DNA from: Podarcis filfolensis
Taxonomy: Eukaryota
NCBI GenBank assembly: GCA_964270895.1
Contig: OZ185444.1
Strand: one strand, 5' to 3'
DNA: 64,000 bases
Shown: positions 35,701 to 60,208 of the stretch, in pieces
Numbering within the stretch: position 1 is the first letter of the stretch
Layout: each line of letters opens with the position of its first letter
Made by a program: the position numbers and the translations under genes
The notes under the pieces: generated by a model
What the model saw: the letters and a program-made list of their open reading frames with translations, nothing else
The model's database searches: none
Told to the model about the DNA's origin: nothing

Positions 35701-38700
35701 CAGACTTAGTGGTAAGTACTTCTGAGTCAATAGTTGTCCCATGTCCCTTTTACACAGAAACTTGCACGTCACCTGCAGCTCTTAAGTATCCTAGCAGATA
35801 CTGAGCTACAGTACCAGCAAAACAGGGAAAATGCAAAAGAGCAGCTAGCTTTCTTCACTGTAGGTGCTGAAGGAGAGTGAGGGTTATATTGTTTTGGCTT
35901 GCACTTGCATAAGCTACTATGTGTACTTCATTCAAAGAAGAGCTACTGGACTGGACTGTCCTTTCCATTGGTAGGCAACATATTTACTCTACAAGCCTTC
36001 AAGCAGCTTTATTTCAATGTCACTATGAATTTTCTCATAGTCTATATATTACACATTGCTGACTTTGAGAGTCAGATATCCAAACCTTTAACTGAAGGCG
36101 GGAATTAAGCAGGAAAGCATTCCAGAAGCTTGTAATTCTAAATATTAATTAGAGGAAATCTAAGGAGAACCCTTGACTGGAAGCCAACATTCCTTACACC
36201 TTAAACTCTGCAACAAGATAGCACTCAGGACACCTTTTTGCTGACCAGGCTAGGAATAAGCATTCAATAACACTAAGTCAAGTGCAATAGCATTGGCACA
36301 GAAACCTGGCAGCAGTCAGCGCTGTACCTTCCAAAATGAGGATCAGGATTTCAGCGCCAGGTCTATGTGCCAATAGGGGTGATAAACACTGAAAAAGAAA
36401 ACATACTCTCCTCCTCTGGGATGGATTGGTTTGCAGAGATTTTGTCTATATAATTATATCTCAGATGAAAATAAATCTTCCAATAATAATATAAAACATA
36501 CAAGTGTAAAAACAGTTATAGCTAACAGAAGATAGTCATTTGATCTCAGTTCATCAAGATTAATCGAGTTATTCACTTAGAACTGTACAGGGAAACACAG
36601 GGCACAAGAAAGTAAAAGACTTCTGAAAATGATATAGTTATTGTTTTTCAAAAATACTTGATAGGATTAATTAAGTCCGCACTACATTGGGGACGTTTTT
36701 AAAAACTACCAGACATCATGATTCTGAGGTTGTTGTCCCACTCCTGTCAAATACCAAATAATCAATGTTCAATTATTTAATTTTCCCCCCAGAGGAAATG
36801 AGTTTCTGTAATGTGGTTTTGCAACATGGTTTTATGTTCCACATCAAGGCTAGCCCAAGACATTTTACTTTCTGAGGGAAAAGACCAGAGGATGCTGCCC
36901 CCCTAGTCTACGTCCAAAACCTGCCGGGACTGGCAGTAGATTCTTATGTCAAAACTGTGCTGCACCTGAGGGAAGCAGGAAACATAGGGAAGACCACTTG
37001 GCACACAAATTCCCAGCACCACTTGCCTGAGGCAAAAGCCCTACTCTACCTAATGGTATGGTCAGCCCTGCTCCACAGGGTCATACAGGATTGCTCTTGG
37101 GCCCAACAGTGATTGCATGAAGGCACCAACTGCATGAAACAACACTTTCACATGAGGACTTTTCACACTGTGTGATTTGTGCAGTCACAGTGGCTAAAAA
37201 AGCAGATGCTTTGATTATGAAAAACTGCAACGGCTGTCATATATGGGTCCCAATTGGAAGCACCAATTCAGGCCATTGGTTCATACAGCCAGTGCCTCCA
37301 TGCTACCCCTTTCCAGTTAGAAAACGCCAGAGGCCCTGCATACTCTCCCATGGACCTCTCTGAGCATCTGTGTTAGCAATTTCACACATCTTAAACTATC
37401 TCTGGTTATTTTAGCCTGTAATAAAATAGAAAATTTTCAGTTTAACAAGAATAGATTTTAAAAGCCATAATACAAAATCCCATTTTAATATTACATTTCG
37501 ATCTTTGCCATTCGTAATCTTTCCACTGCCCAGACATACGGTGCTTTCCATTCTAGGTCTTTAGAGTCACAGTCAGAATGTTGAAAAACCCAACCTTTAT
37601 GAAGAAATGAAAAAACTCATAATTAGTTATCTGAAATGCTGCAAATAAATAAATTTTAAGCGCCTGTCAAATTCCAAGACATCAGGACATTTTTTGATTA
37701 ATCAAAAAAATACATTTAAAAGTTAAGAAAGCCGGTTTGTTAACACAAACACAAGTATTAGTTATTGTTAGAAGTAAAGGCCATCTTTAATATTTTCTTT
37801 TTTATTCCCTATTATAGTCATCCACCAGAACCAAGTAACCTAAAAATAAAATAAAAATAGTTTCCTCAAGTATCATCTCTTGGTAGTCCTACTAGAAGAA
37901 AGGGGAATGGCAGCCTAGAAGAGGGTGAGGGCATCTAGCATAATCTTTGTCGTACACTAAAGATGGACCTCTTTCCCCTGCCCTTTGACCGTTAAGATAT
38001 TTTGTGTTGTGAGACGCAGCTCTTTTGTCTATATTGTTTTCCCTCTTTTTAAAGCTGTTTTACTTTTGTCATCCCCATCCCACCCTCATAACTGTATCAT
38101 TATAATGATGTAACCCACCCTGGGGACCTATGGTGAAGGGAAGGTAAGATATCTTATACAGTAAATGAATAAGCTAGCTCCCCTCCAACTGTAGCTCATT
38201 AATCTAAACATTAACCTGAATGAAGAAAGAGAGAGTGCACACATAATACCTCTTTCCTTGCATAGTTTTGATGACAGTGAGAAACTGATTGCAAAAGGTG
38301 AATCATTGCTATATTGCTGAGGGACTGCAGCTAAATAGGAGAGAAAAGAAATGTATTGATCATGAGTCCTCAGCAGCATAAGCACACATAATCACAGTTC
38401 TTTATTAAGAACTGTTTGCTGTTTTATAATTACAAACTTGCAAAGAGCTAGGTAATGGCCAGAGAAAGTGCTTATGTGCTGTTAACTTTTTTCATTATTG
38501 AATGAAGTGCTCTGGGTACAGATTGCCTCTCCTGGCTGAATACTATGATTACTTTCTCACTCACCTTGAAATGGGAAAGAGAAGCTTCTGTAATAAATGG
38601 TTTGAAAAACTGCCTAGTTTATTTCCAGTTCCACCCGCCGCCCCCTCCAAGTGCTTGTACCTCTCTAACTTCAGCTGCAAAGGCCATTTGCTGGTATTCT

Positions 38701-40709
38701 TCAGCAACTTTCCTCAATTAATCACAAGATATCTCTCACTTCCACTTGTGATTGTGGCCTGGGATGAAGGTAGCAAATTTCAGAGCTGGCATTTTCTCTC
38801 TAGCCTAGATGTGTCAAGAATAAATATCATTCTAAATGAGTGATGGACAACTGGTTTTTTGTGTGGTCATATTTACTGGTATAGAGTACCATTCTTTTTG
38901 CTGCCCACAATACTTTTATTTATGTGCACCAGCACCTAATTTTTAACCCCGCAAAAAGCACTGTATAGAAACATGTATTAAGACAAACTATATCTTGGAA
39001 TTTAATATTCTCCATTGTTGCCTATTTATGCTATTAGGTTAGAGACTTGCAGCCTGAAGGTTTACTTTGAAATTAGTCTCAATGACAGGTACTCCTGTTT
39101 ATGCTAATCAGGGACCTTTATCTACTGGGTGCTAAAGTAGTCATAGTAAACCCTGAGTTTTGGTATTAGCATAAAAACCAATCAGTTTGCTCCTATTCTT
39201 ATATGTAAAAGTTGCCCCAGGCCATCCCACATGTTGGTGGAGTGCATGTAAGCCCTCCCCACCCCCTTCCAGGGCTGAAAACACATGTCAGCAGTTGCAC
39301 ACCAAACAAACACTTGCAATATTGTCGTCACCTGTAGTATATTGGCCAAGCTGAACCGCCCTCTGCTATATGATGCTGGAATATTAAGTATTAAGAGAAA
39401 ACCAGTAAAATTCCTTACTCTTGCTTCCATTGAGTCTGTTTGACAGAGTTCCAGGATTGTCCATTCCTTTTGTCGCACCCATGGGAAAATCAACACTTTT
39501 CCTGCTTTTCCTTTTCACATTTTTAGCCGTCTCGTAGTCAGTATATTCAAATGTAGGTGGCAATCTGTTGGACTCCTGTGATGCTTGCCTTCTTCTTGGT
39601 TTAACGTTTTTGTATGCTAATTCCTGCAAATATTTTTTATTTTGCCAGACACCTTCAATGAGATCTTTCCAACTGGAGCTCAATATATTTAAAACCCCTT
39701 GTGGTAAAATAAACTTAAACTTGGTAAAACGCTTCAACATTTCTTCCAGCTCACATAATATGGTAGCAGCCATGCATTTATGTTCTTCCAGAGAAGTTGA
39801 CCATAGGTCTTCTTCTGTAGGTGGAAATGTAGGTATTTGGGAGAGGTGAGCCAGAGGGTTCTCACAAATGTTTATGGATATAGAAGGATCATCTGTTTTA
39901 GTAGAAACTGGTTCTTTCTTTGCTTTACTGTCTTTCACAAAATCATCATTTCTTTCCCTGTGTTCATCCATGCATCCAGAGTTCCTGCATGTGGACAGTA
40001 AATGTATATTATGCCTTTAATTCCAGAATTCAGATTTTTCATACCAAGCGGGTCTCAAAAATGTATGTCTGCCACTGGGCTGGGGGAGGGGTGTCAAATG
40101 TTGCATGTTGGACTACCCTGATATAGACCAAATATTATGGGTGTGAAGAAGACATAACCATGTACAGAAATCTTCAGACACAGCTATATATGTATTCAGG
40201 CTTAAATTCTTATGAGAACAGCAGGACTTAGGTAAGTAGGAAGTACAGAAGACATACTTGCTTCCTGCTGGAACAGTGCCCTTTTACATCCTATTCATCC
40301 TTTAAAAAAATAAAATCAGGACAATTTTCAAGTTGCAATATTCCCTTAACAGTTTTCCCATTTGAACTTTCCAACCAACAAAAACGGGGGAAAGACTACA
40401 TTTTAATACAATATATCAATTCATTAATGCATTCAATCAGTTACTGCAATTTAAGTACGTCACCACTATTACCTGTGAATTTCATGAGGATCTGGATCTG
40501 TGCTGATTAAATTTATATCAACAAAGTGTTCTCCTGGTTCTATTTTCATATTTCGCTTTTGTTTACCGGTAGTTTTGAGCTAAAATAAAATACAGGATTT
40601 TATTAAACCCTTAGTAGATTTCGAGAGAGCAATAATAACATACCAAATATGAGATGGGAAGTACCTGGTCGAAGAAATATATGGGTTCTTGTTCCAGGGT
40701 TTCAGCCAT
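19650..40709 (-). CDS. C3orf20-like / FAM194-domain family protein, apparently intact. Exons in 5'->3' order: 40709-40665, 40579-40473, 39984-39419, 38330-38250, 37594-37495, 34859-34629, 32621-32472, 31479-31359, 30061-29930, 29076-28975, 27768-27633, 26427-26211, 24007-23722, 22692-22576, 19792-19650, plus an unresolved terminal exon
   Basis: All 15 exons splice in frame with no stop (2534 nt). Motifs match remembered human C3orf20 in the same order: PQGVLNILSSSWKDLI ~ PKGIRNIFEFTWEELI; DGSSFIYYPSGHVAVCQ ~ DGSSFVYYPSGNVAVCQ; ACPVVLRR ~ DCPLVLRK; RLDSFRLLKYDI ~ RYDSYRLLQYDL; PGMFLMYIRGKLLF ~ QGMILMFAGGKLIF; GYYLPPDYR ~ GYFLPDDYK. Confidence 0.9.
20637..20812 (+). mobile_element. tRNA-derived SINE, diverged; related reverse fragments near 9250-9315 and 30330-30420
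   Basis: tagctcagtggcagag A box and degenerate B box; tail ggtctgactcggtaaaggcagcttcctat. Confidence 0.65.
21495..21526. repeat. (TTGC)n microsatellite
   Basis: Direct reading. Confidence 0.85.
21779..22012 (-). mobile_element. Tc1/mariner MITE, family A, inverted relative to 7857-8098
   Basis: Same TIRs and TA TSD; the interior is the reverse complement of the 7857 copy. Confidence 0.85.
22576..22692 (-). CDS. C3orf20-like exon (GRLDSFRLLKYDI...PGMFL)
   Basis: 117 nt, canonical sites. Confidence 0.9.
23011..23144. mobile_element. Short hAT-like MITE
   Basis: TAGGGCTGTCATAT ... ATATGACAACCCTA termini and aaaagaggac internal repeats; no clean TSD. Confidence 0.55.
23722..24007 (-). CDS. 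C3orf20-like exon (EKACT...ACPVVLRR...SMPCTQ)
   Basis: 286 nt, phase 2 to 0; within ORF 23668..24105. Confidence 0.9.
26211..26427 (-). CDS. C3orf20-like exon (ISSPHTRRTSAFPR...PGSY)
   Basis: 217 nt, phase 1 to 2; within ORF 26207..26452. Confidence 0.8.
27633..27768 (-). CDS. C3orf20-like exon (ERIPRI...KIKNILEDWMEYYQIAL)
   Basis: 136 nt, phase 0 to 1. Confidence 0.82.
27945..28140 (+). mobile_element. Diverged tRNA-SINE (Squam3/MIR-like)
   Basis: cagtggttagagtgtcagac...gagttt caatctctacttagccatgaagcttgctggg; similar to the 2066 element. Confidence 0.55.
28761..28850. repeat. Exact 45-bp tandem duplication
   Basis: ggtgttaaatcagcataacgaaaataaattgtagcaaaatacgct occurs twice. Confidence 0.95.
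28975..29076 (-). CDS. C3orf20-like exon (SKIFTEVN...LKKE)
   Basis: 102 nt, strong pyrimidine tract, gtaagc donor; a symmetric exon, so less constrained by phase. Confidence 0.72.
29930..30061 (-). CDS. C3orf20-like exon (VNKCITVKV...LENL)
   Basis: 132 nt, phase 0 to 0. Confidence 0.87.
31359..31479 (-). CDS. C3orf20-like exon (RSIAMIFNQEGGMVTNKDGEILRQWKWP...IMQ)
   Basis: 121 nt; typical FAM194 motif GG..TN..G.....W.W. Confidence 0.9.
32472..32621 (-). CDS. C3orf20-like exon, start of the FAM194 domain (YPSGHVAVCQ...GHGSVCFSN)
   Basis: 150 nt; AC acceptor, gtaag donor. Confidence 0.9.
32622..34628 (-). other. U12-type AT-AC intron of the C3orf20-like gene (2007 nt)
   Basis: On the minus strand: 5' ATATCCTTTG, branch site TCCTTGAC (32640-32633), 3' TTTAC. 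Splicing gives SFI-Y-YPSG in frame. Confidence 0.92.
32691..33400 (-). mobile_element. L2-like LINE 3' fragment with (AAT)n tail, inside the minus-strand U12 intron
   Basis: (TTA)n at 32691-32723; gggccaaggccgtttagggctctaaaggtcagcaccaacactttgaattg resembles remembered squamate L2 sequence. Confidence 0.6.
34629..34859 (-). CDS. C3orf20-like exon (TEQLSKL...KPIILRHY...DGSSFI)
   Basis: 231 nt; ends at the U12 donor ATATCCTTTG. Confidence 0.88.
35256..35617 (-). mobile_element. Sauria SINE, full length
   Basis: (ACCTTT)n tail (aaaggtaaaggt on +), tRNA-like head; flanking duplication cttcaccaatt at 35245-35255 and 35620-35630. Confidence 0.9.
36845..37070. mobile_element. hAT-like MITE, diverged
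   Basis: caaggctagccc ... ggtcagccctg termini; degenerate 8-bp TSD ttccacat/ctccacag. Confidence 0.5.
37495..37594 (-). CDS. C3orf20-like exon (GWVFQ...WAVERLRMAKIE)
   Basis: 100 nt, phase 1 to 2, canonical sites. Confidence 0.85.
38250..38330 (-). CDS. C3orf20-like exon (AVPQQ...ISFSLSSKLCKER)
   Basis: 81 nt, phase 1 to 1, canonical sites. Confidence 0.85.
39419..39984 (-). CDS. C3orf20-like large exon (NSGCMDEH...LNGSK)
   Basis: Covers ORF 39384..39971; acceptor catgcag, donor gtaagg. Confidence 0.88.
40473..40579 (-). CDS. C3orf20-like exon (LKTTGKQ...PHEIH)
   Basis: tattttag acceptor, gtaata donor; 107 nt, phase 0 to 2, joins 39984 in frame. Confidence 0.72.
40665..40709 (-). CDS. C3orf20-like first coding exon (MAETLEQEPIYFFDQ); the exon itself begins at 40731
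   Basis: Acceptor ttttatctctgtag, Kozak gaaATGg, donor gtactt; phase fits the next two exons. Confidence 0.7.
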
Positions 40710-40835
40710 TTCTCTTAGTAGGATTATGTGCCTACAGAGATAAAATATGAATATACCAAGAAAAATGGGACACAAGAATACAAATGGTTGCATTTTTTAA
40801 TGAAATATAACCAAGACAAAAAAATTTAAAAAAAA

Positions 40836-40983
40836 TGTCCAGTAGCACCTTAGAGACCAGCTAAGTTTGTTCTGCGTATAAGCACAAACTTAGTTGGTCT
40901 CTAAGGTGCTACTGGACAATTTTAAATTTTTTAAAAATTTATTTTGACTGCATCAGACCAACACGGCTACCTACCTGAATCTA
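40836..40983. mobile_element. Penelope-like terminal fragments fused as an inverted repeat
   Basis: 35-nt arms at 40836-40870 and 40884-40918 with one G-T mismatch; tail gactgcatcagaccaacacggctacctacctg. Confidence 0.6.
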
Positions 40984-42327
40984 TAACCAAGACAGATTTG
41001 ATGTTCCTAAAGTAGTATCTAACAGAAACTGAAAACGCAGCAGGCCTTCTCAAGTGTACAACTGTGCACATAGAGCTCTCATGGGGGAAGTATTTTGCAT
41101 TCTGCATTCTTATCAGTGGAGTGAGACTTGTAGCTAATGAATGACACCTGTAGCCATTTAATTGGTGTAATGTGGTATAGTGTGTTTGTGTGTGTGTATA
41201 TATATATACACACAGTTTGGAAATAGTTTGACTTCTTTGCAATGGGGTACTAATTTTATGCAACTCCTTGCAGAAGTGAGATCTGAAACATATTTGAACC
41301 AGGTGAAGAAAGGAACAGTTGTGGTAGAACAACTAGCTTTCAAATATGGACATTAAGACAAAACTAATATTGCAAATCTATTGCTTCAAACGAAATACAA
41401 ACTGATCTGAGGATCCAATTGACACAACTGCCATTTCTAGTGTTATGCCAAAGACTGCCTGCATTTGAAACCAAAATAAACATTAAATTGTTTCCTAACT
41501 TCTGTGAATAAAATTTGTTTATGTATCCAGTGTGTTTATTTGTAGCTTGACTAGTTAATACATATTTTCACATTAATTAATTTTGGCTTTGATTCTATAA
41601 CATAAAAATAATATTAAGGGCATATTATTATACAGACTGATATAAACTTATAATACATACACTTCTGAATTAAGGCTGACAAGCCATCTGTCTCATAGTA
41701 GGTCAGGAATATATGTTCACCTTTTACAGCTGTATCATTGCTTTAAAGCCATAATCTTTATTATACCTAATACTGAACAGATCATTTGCTTTAAATGTGA
41801 CTGTTCTGGAGCCAAGCCAATGGTTTTAAGAATGAGACTAAAATTACTGTATATTGCTATTTCAATAAAGTTGAAATAATTTTTCAACTTTAAAAAATTA
41901 GCCAATCATTTAGCAATGCAAATGGATTGCAATGGTTGCAAACTCAACTCCTTTCATTGACAAACACGTCTTCAAAAATAAAACAAAAAAGTATACAAAG
42001 ATATTTTGATGCATTAAAAACAATGTAAACTCCATAGTTATGCAACTCCTTTGTGACATTTTGTAGTAGTGAACATGCTGGATATTACGTTATTGAATTT
42101 TCCAGGCTGGATATTAAGTTAAAGGCGGGGGCAGGGAGAGAAAGGTGGCTTGATGCTGAAGCCACAAAGCCTGCGTTTAGTCACAGTCTTTAAGTTGGGG
42201 TGTAAGAGAACACTGCAGATGGCAGGTCCACACCATACATTTAAAGCACATCCAAGGCACATATAAAGCACATGACTTCCCTGAAGAATCCTGGGAACTT
42301 CAGTTTGTTAAAGATGTTGTCCATGAG

Positions 42328-42644
42328 CAGGGCCGGACTTAGGTTTGATGAGGCCCTAAGCTACTGAAGGTAATGGGGCCCTTTATATGTCCAACTGTCC
42401 TTTCTCAACAACAAATTGTAGCTGTTTTTTGTGTTGCATATATGCTATATGGTAATTTATGGACCTAATAGATATCTAAAGCCATTTGCACATAACAAAA
42501 CACATATTTTTATCAAAGTAATTGTTGAACTTATATTTTGGAAATGTACATACAGGGGTTTTTTCCTTTAAATTTTTTGGGGGCCCCCAAAAGAGTAGGG
42601 CCCTAAGCTATAGCTTGTTTAGCTTATAAGTAAATCCAGCACTG
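42328..42644. mobile_element. hAT-family MITE
   Basis: CAGGGCCGGACTTA ... TAAATCCAGCACTG with an exact 8-bp TSD TCCATGAG (42320-42327, 42645-42652). Confidence 0.85.
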
Positions 42645-43181
42645 TCCATGAGTGAATGCAGCCCATAGGCTGAAAAAAGCTTCTCCATTCCTGATGTATA
42701 AGATTGCAGCCTTAACTGAACTAAGCCATACTATGTGCTATGCAGGTTTCAGGTTGCACCTAGGGCTTTGCACCTTGGGACAAGGAAGCAAATGCATTTC
42801 ATGACATTTTGGCTGATGCAATTGAAGGTACTGCCCTTCTGCAGATTTTGGATTTTTTAAATAAAATAAACATTTTATATGTTTTAATGCTTTTAGATGT
42901 TTTTGAATGTTTATTTTTAATTGCATTGTTTTACCACTTTGGTGTTTGCTGCTCTGGACTCTTTTGGAAGAAAATGTCAAGATCAAATTTTAATAAATAA
43001 TAATACCAGCAATAATTTATTGATTGCTCTAGTTTACAAAAGCTAACAATAAAGCCAGACTTAAGCTTTCATCTTCAGACACAATGTAAAAAGAGTTTCA
43101 TTAAATTCAGAAAATACCTTTACAGGACATTTTATGTGATCATGTTGGTTATATTTATCAAATGTGGTTAATACGGCTTAC

Positions 43182-43277
43182 TCCCTTTTTTCAGATCTCC
43201 GGCAGTCTTCCACCAGTATTTAGAAGGTTATCATTAATGCCATAGATATACAGGTATTTATGGACTGTTCTGATAAA
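43182..43277 (-). other. Candidate 5' UTR exon of the C3orf20-like gene
   Basis: Acceptor ttttgtttgttcag, donor gtaagc; stops in all three frames; lies between the CpG island and the ATG exon. Confidence 0.35.
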
Positions 43278-45870
43278 CTGAACAAACAAAATAATTCCCT
43301 GTTAAAACTCCTCCTTAATACAGGTTTAGATAATCCCTTGCTATCTGTCTCTGTTGTACTCTCTCTTTTCAAACCTCCCTTGTATGATTCTGTTTGTATA
43401 TAGTCAATAAATCTTATAACGTACCTTAGAAGTCTTCCCACAGAGAGCAGATCTTGCTTGTCAGTAATGTAAAATGTAACAGTTAAAAGCTGTCTCTTTC
43501 AAAGTGAACAGAATAAAAGTTGCCTCTCTGTGGTCGCAGTCAGTCAACACAGTGTTGAAAAGCCCTGTTGCTTAGTTACCACATGGTGTGGATTATACTG
43601 AACCATACTTCCTTTCTGCAACCACTTCTAAGCTTCAAGCAGCAAGCTAGCCACTATTAAAGGTACTCATATGCGCACCAGCATAAGTAAATGGTTATTA
43701 GGATGCTTAACTGCTCCAGATGGCGGCTGATATTATTTCACTGAAAACGAAGCTTTTGCTTAGCTTCAGTGCTTTGTCACCATCATTAAGTGCCCTACCC
43801 TAGAAAAGAACCATGGAAGCTCAAGTTTGTTGACAGTGCTGGGAAACGTAACTCTGTGAGGGTAAGCTAACATTCCCAGGATTCCTTGGGGCTGCTTTAA
43901 ATGTCCCACTTTTAACAAGCTATAGAGTAAGAACTTATTAAGATCCTGCTACATCAGGCCAAAGGCCCATTTAGTCCAGCATCCTGTTCCCTCCACGACC
44001 AACCAGATGCCTATGAGAAGTCCGCAAGCAGGACTGGATTGCCACTTGTGATTCCCAGCAACTGGTTGTTGGCATCCATCTGTCTCGGGAGACAAAGGAG
44101 TGCACCTTTGAGGGTATTCAGAGGAATACTGCCACTAACAGTGGAGAGAGAATAGAGCCATCGTATAGATATTAATAGTGTTATCCTCCATAAATTTGTC
44201 TAATAACCTTTTAGAGTCAACCAAGTTTATTAAGTAATCTTAATAAAATGGAAACGCTGGGAAACCTTCCATCTCAAATTAAAGTGAATGTATTAAGGGC
44301 TGTATTAAGGACTAGTACCCTTTTCGATTAAATTGTTCAATATTGCTTTTTAAAGAAAAACACATTGCCCCAAAACTGTAATATTCAACTGAAACTCTGA
44401 ATCAAGGCTATTAAGTGGGGTAAGGGGAATGCAGCACTTCCATATAGTACCATACAGGGAAGGGCTTTTTATTCTGCCCCCTCAGTAATAAACATAAGCT
44501 GCTATAACTGTCCTTAGTAAATTCTCTTTTCCTGTCTTCCAGTTTTGGGGCCAATACATTTAAATTAACTGGGAAGATTTACAATAAAGGAAAGCCCTGC
44601 TTACTTTCCCTGCATTGTTATATACAGTATTGATCAATGAAAGAGGCCAGATCTGTCTCTCCCTCATCAACCAGAGCAGTTATTTTGCTCCAGTTGGCCA
44701 TGGATGCATTCTGCACCTCCACCTCCCACAATTATTTTTCTGGCTGGTAACTATGGGCATTAATTTTTTTCTGGCATTAAAACACATTGGTGGGCATATA
44801 GCATTTGTTTGGCTTGAGAACAGCTTGATAGGCATTTGGCTGCAATGTTTTAATTTTATTAAAATTTAGTTATTTCATAACTGAAGTAGCTCCCCTGATC
44901 CAGCTCTAATAGCACACACATCCCCATTCACATCCAACAGATGTTAGTTATCATTCAATAAATGACAATACTCTCAGAATGAGCACTGACGGGTGCAGAT
45001 GTGCATCTGTGGGTATCCCTTGCTGAATGAGGTAATTACAATAAAAAACAATAGAGAACTGACAACATACTAAAATAAAAAACAAAAACAATCTGTGGTG
45101 AACATCTTGTCAGGTTGGTATGCTCCTAGTCTATTTAGCCGAGTGTAGTTTACAGTATAGTATTTTTCAGGCGCATGTTGGGCCTATGATCCATCCTGTA
45201 TCGAAATAGGAGTTAAGTCTCTTAAGCAACTTTTTTCAAAATCAGCATTTTAGATTAGTGATAGAAGCAGACAAATCCAGTCTTGTCGAATTTACGGTGC
45301 CATGTACACATCTGATGAAATGGGCTCTGGTCCAGGGACAATTTATGCCAGAATAAAATGTGCTGGGTTGCAGTCCCGCCAGTTTTAGATAAAAGGAAGA
45401 CTCCCTCGCTGAACTCAACGGGGCTGCCTTTTGAACGGACAGACAAGCAGCCATAGGTTTGCACGGCTAGTCTTTTAAGGTGCCATGAAGCTCTCCACGT
45501 TAAGTTTTGCTGCAACCTACTGAGGGAAATTGGTTGCCGGGGGGGGGGAGGGGGGGAGAGAACCCACGTGGTGTGAAGAGAGGAGGCCCAGGCGACGGCA
45601 AGAGCTATGAGCCCGGCCCTAAACTGCACCTCCCACGGACAGCCTCTCAGACAACAACTCTCTCGCTCTTCCACAGCGCACGTGCTCGCTGCTCGTCCTC
45701 CCCCCCCCCCACGGGGTTCTTAGCCCTCCATCTTTCCCGACGTGCCCCAGGGCTGAGCCATAGAGTAGCTGGGGCTGGAGCGGCCTTCCCCCACTCTCGG
45801 TCTCTGGCTCTCTCTCGCTGGCGGCGGCTAGTCGTGGGAGAGGAGGCGGCGCGGCGGCGGCGGCTGCAAC

Positions 45871-59832
<13,962 letters not shown>

Positions 59833-60202
59833 AACTTCAAGGCCATTACCTCACCTATGTACTCTGTTGGAACACATTATGCCAGAATAAATTTGCAGTC
59901 TGTTTTAACAGTGGACCCCATGTGATAACTTTCCATGTTCGGAAAGAGGAATTTAATCAAAGGCAAGTTCTCTCATGTATCTAACAAAAGGAAAAACAGC
60001 TTTTGAGGCCTCTAGAGTATTTCAGGTTACTTCTTAGTTTGGAATGAGTTATACATATTGTTTTAATATTTCTGAGAGAAGGCTTTTGAATATTTATATT
60101 ACCATATTCCCTACTTGAATGCTTTGAATGACTACACCTGATTTCTGCGCCTAAGTCGTCTCTGGTATTGCCTTTTAACTTCCTGGAATCCATTTTGTAA
60201 AA

Positions 60203-60208
60203 AATAAA
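60203..60208 (+). terminator. METAP2: Probable METAP2 polyadenylation signal (AATAAA)
   Basis: About 370 nt after the stop, at the end of a block resembling the remembered human 3' UTR; other AATAAA hexamers occur nearby (e.g. 59886). Confidence 0.6.
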
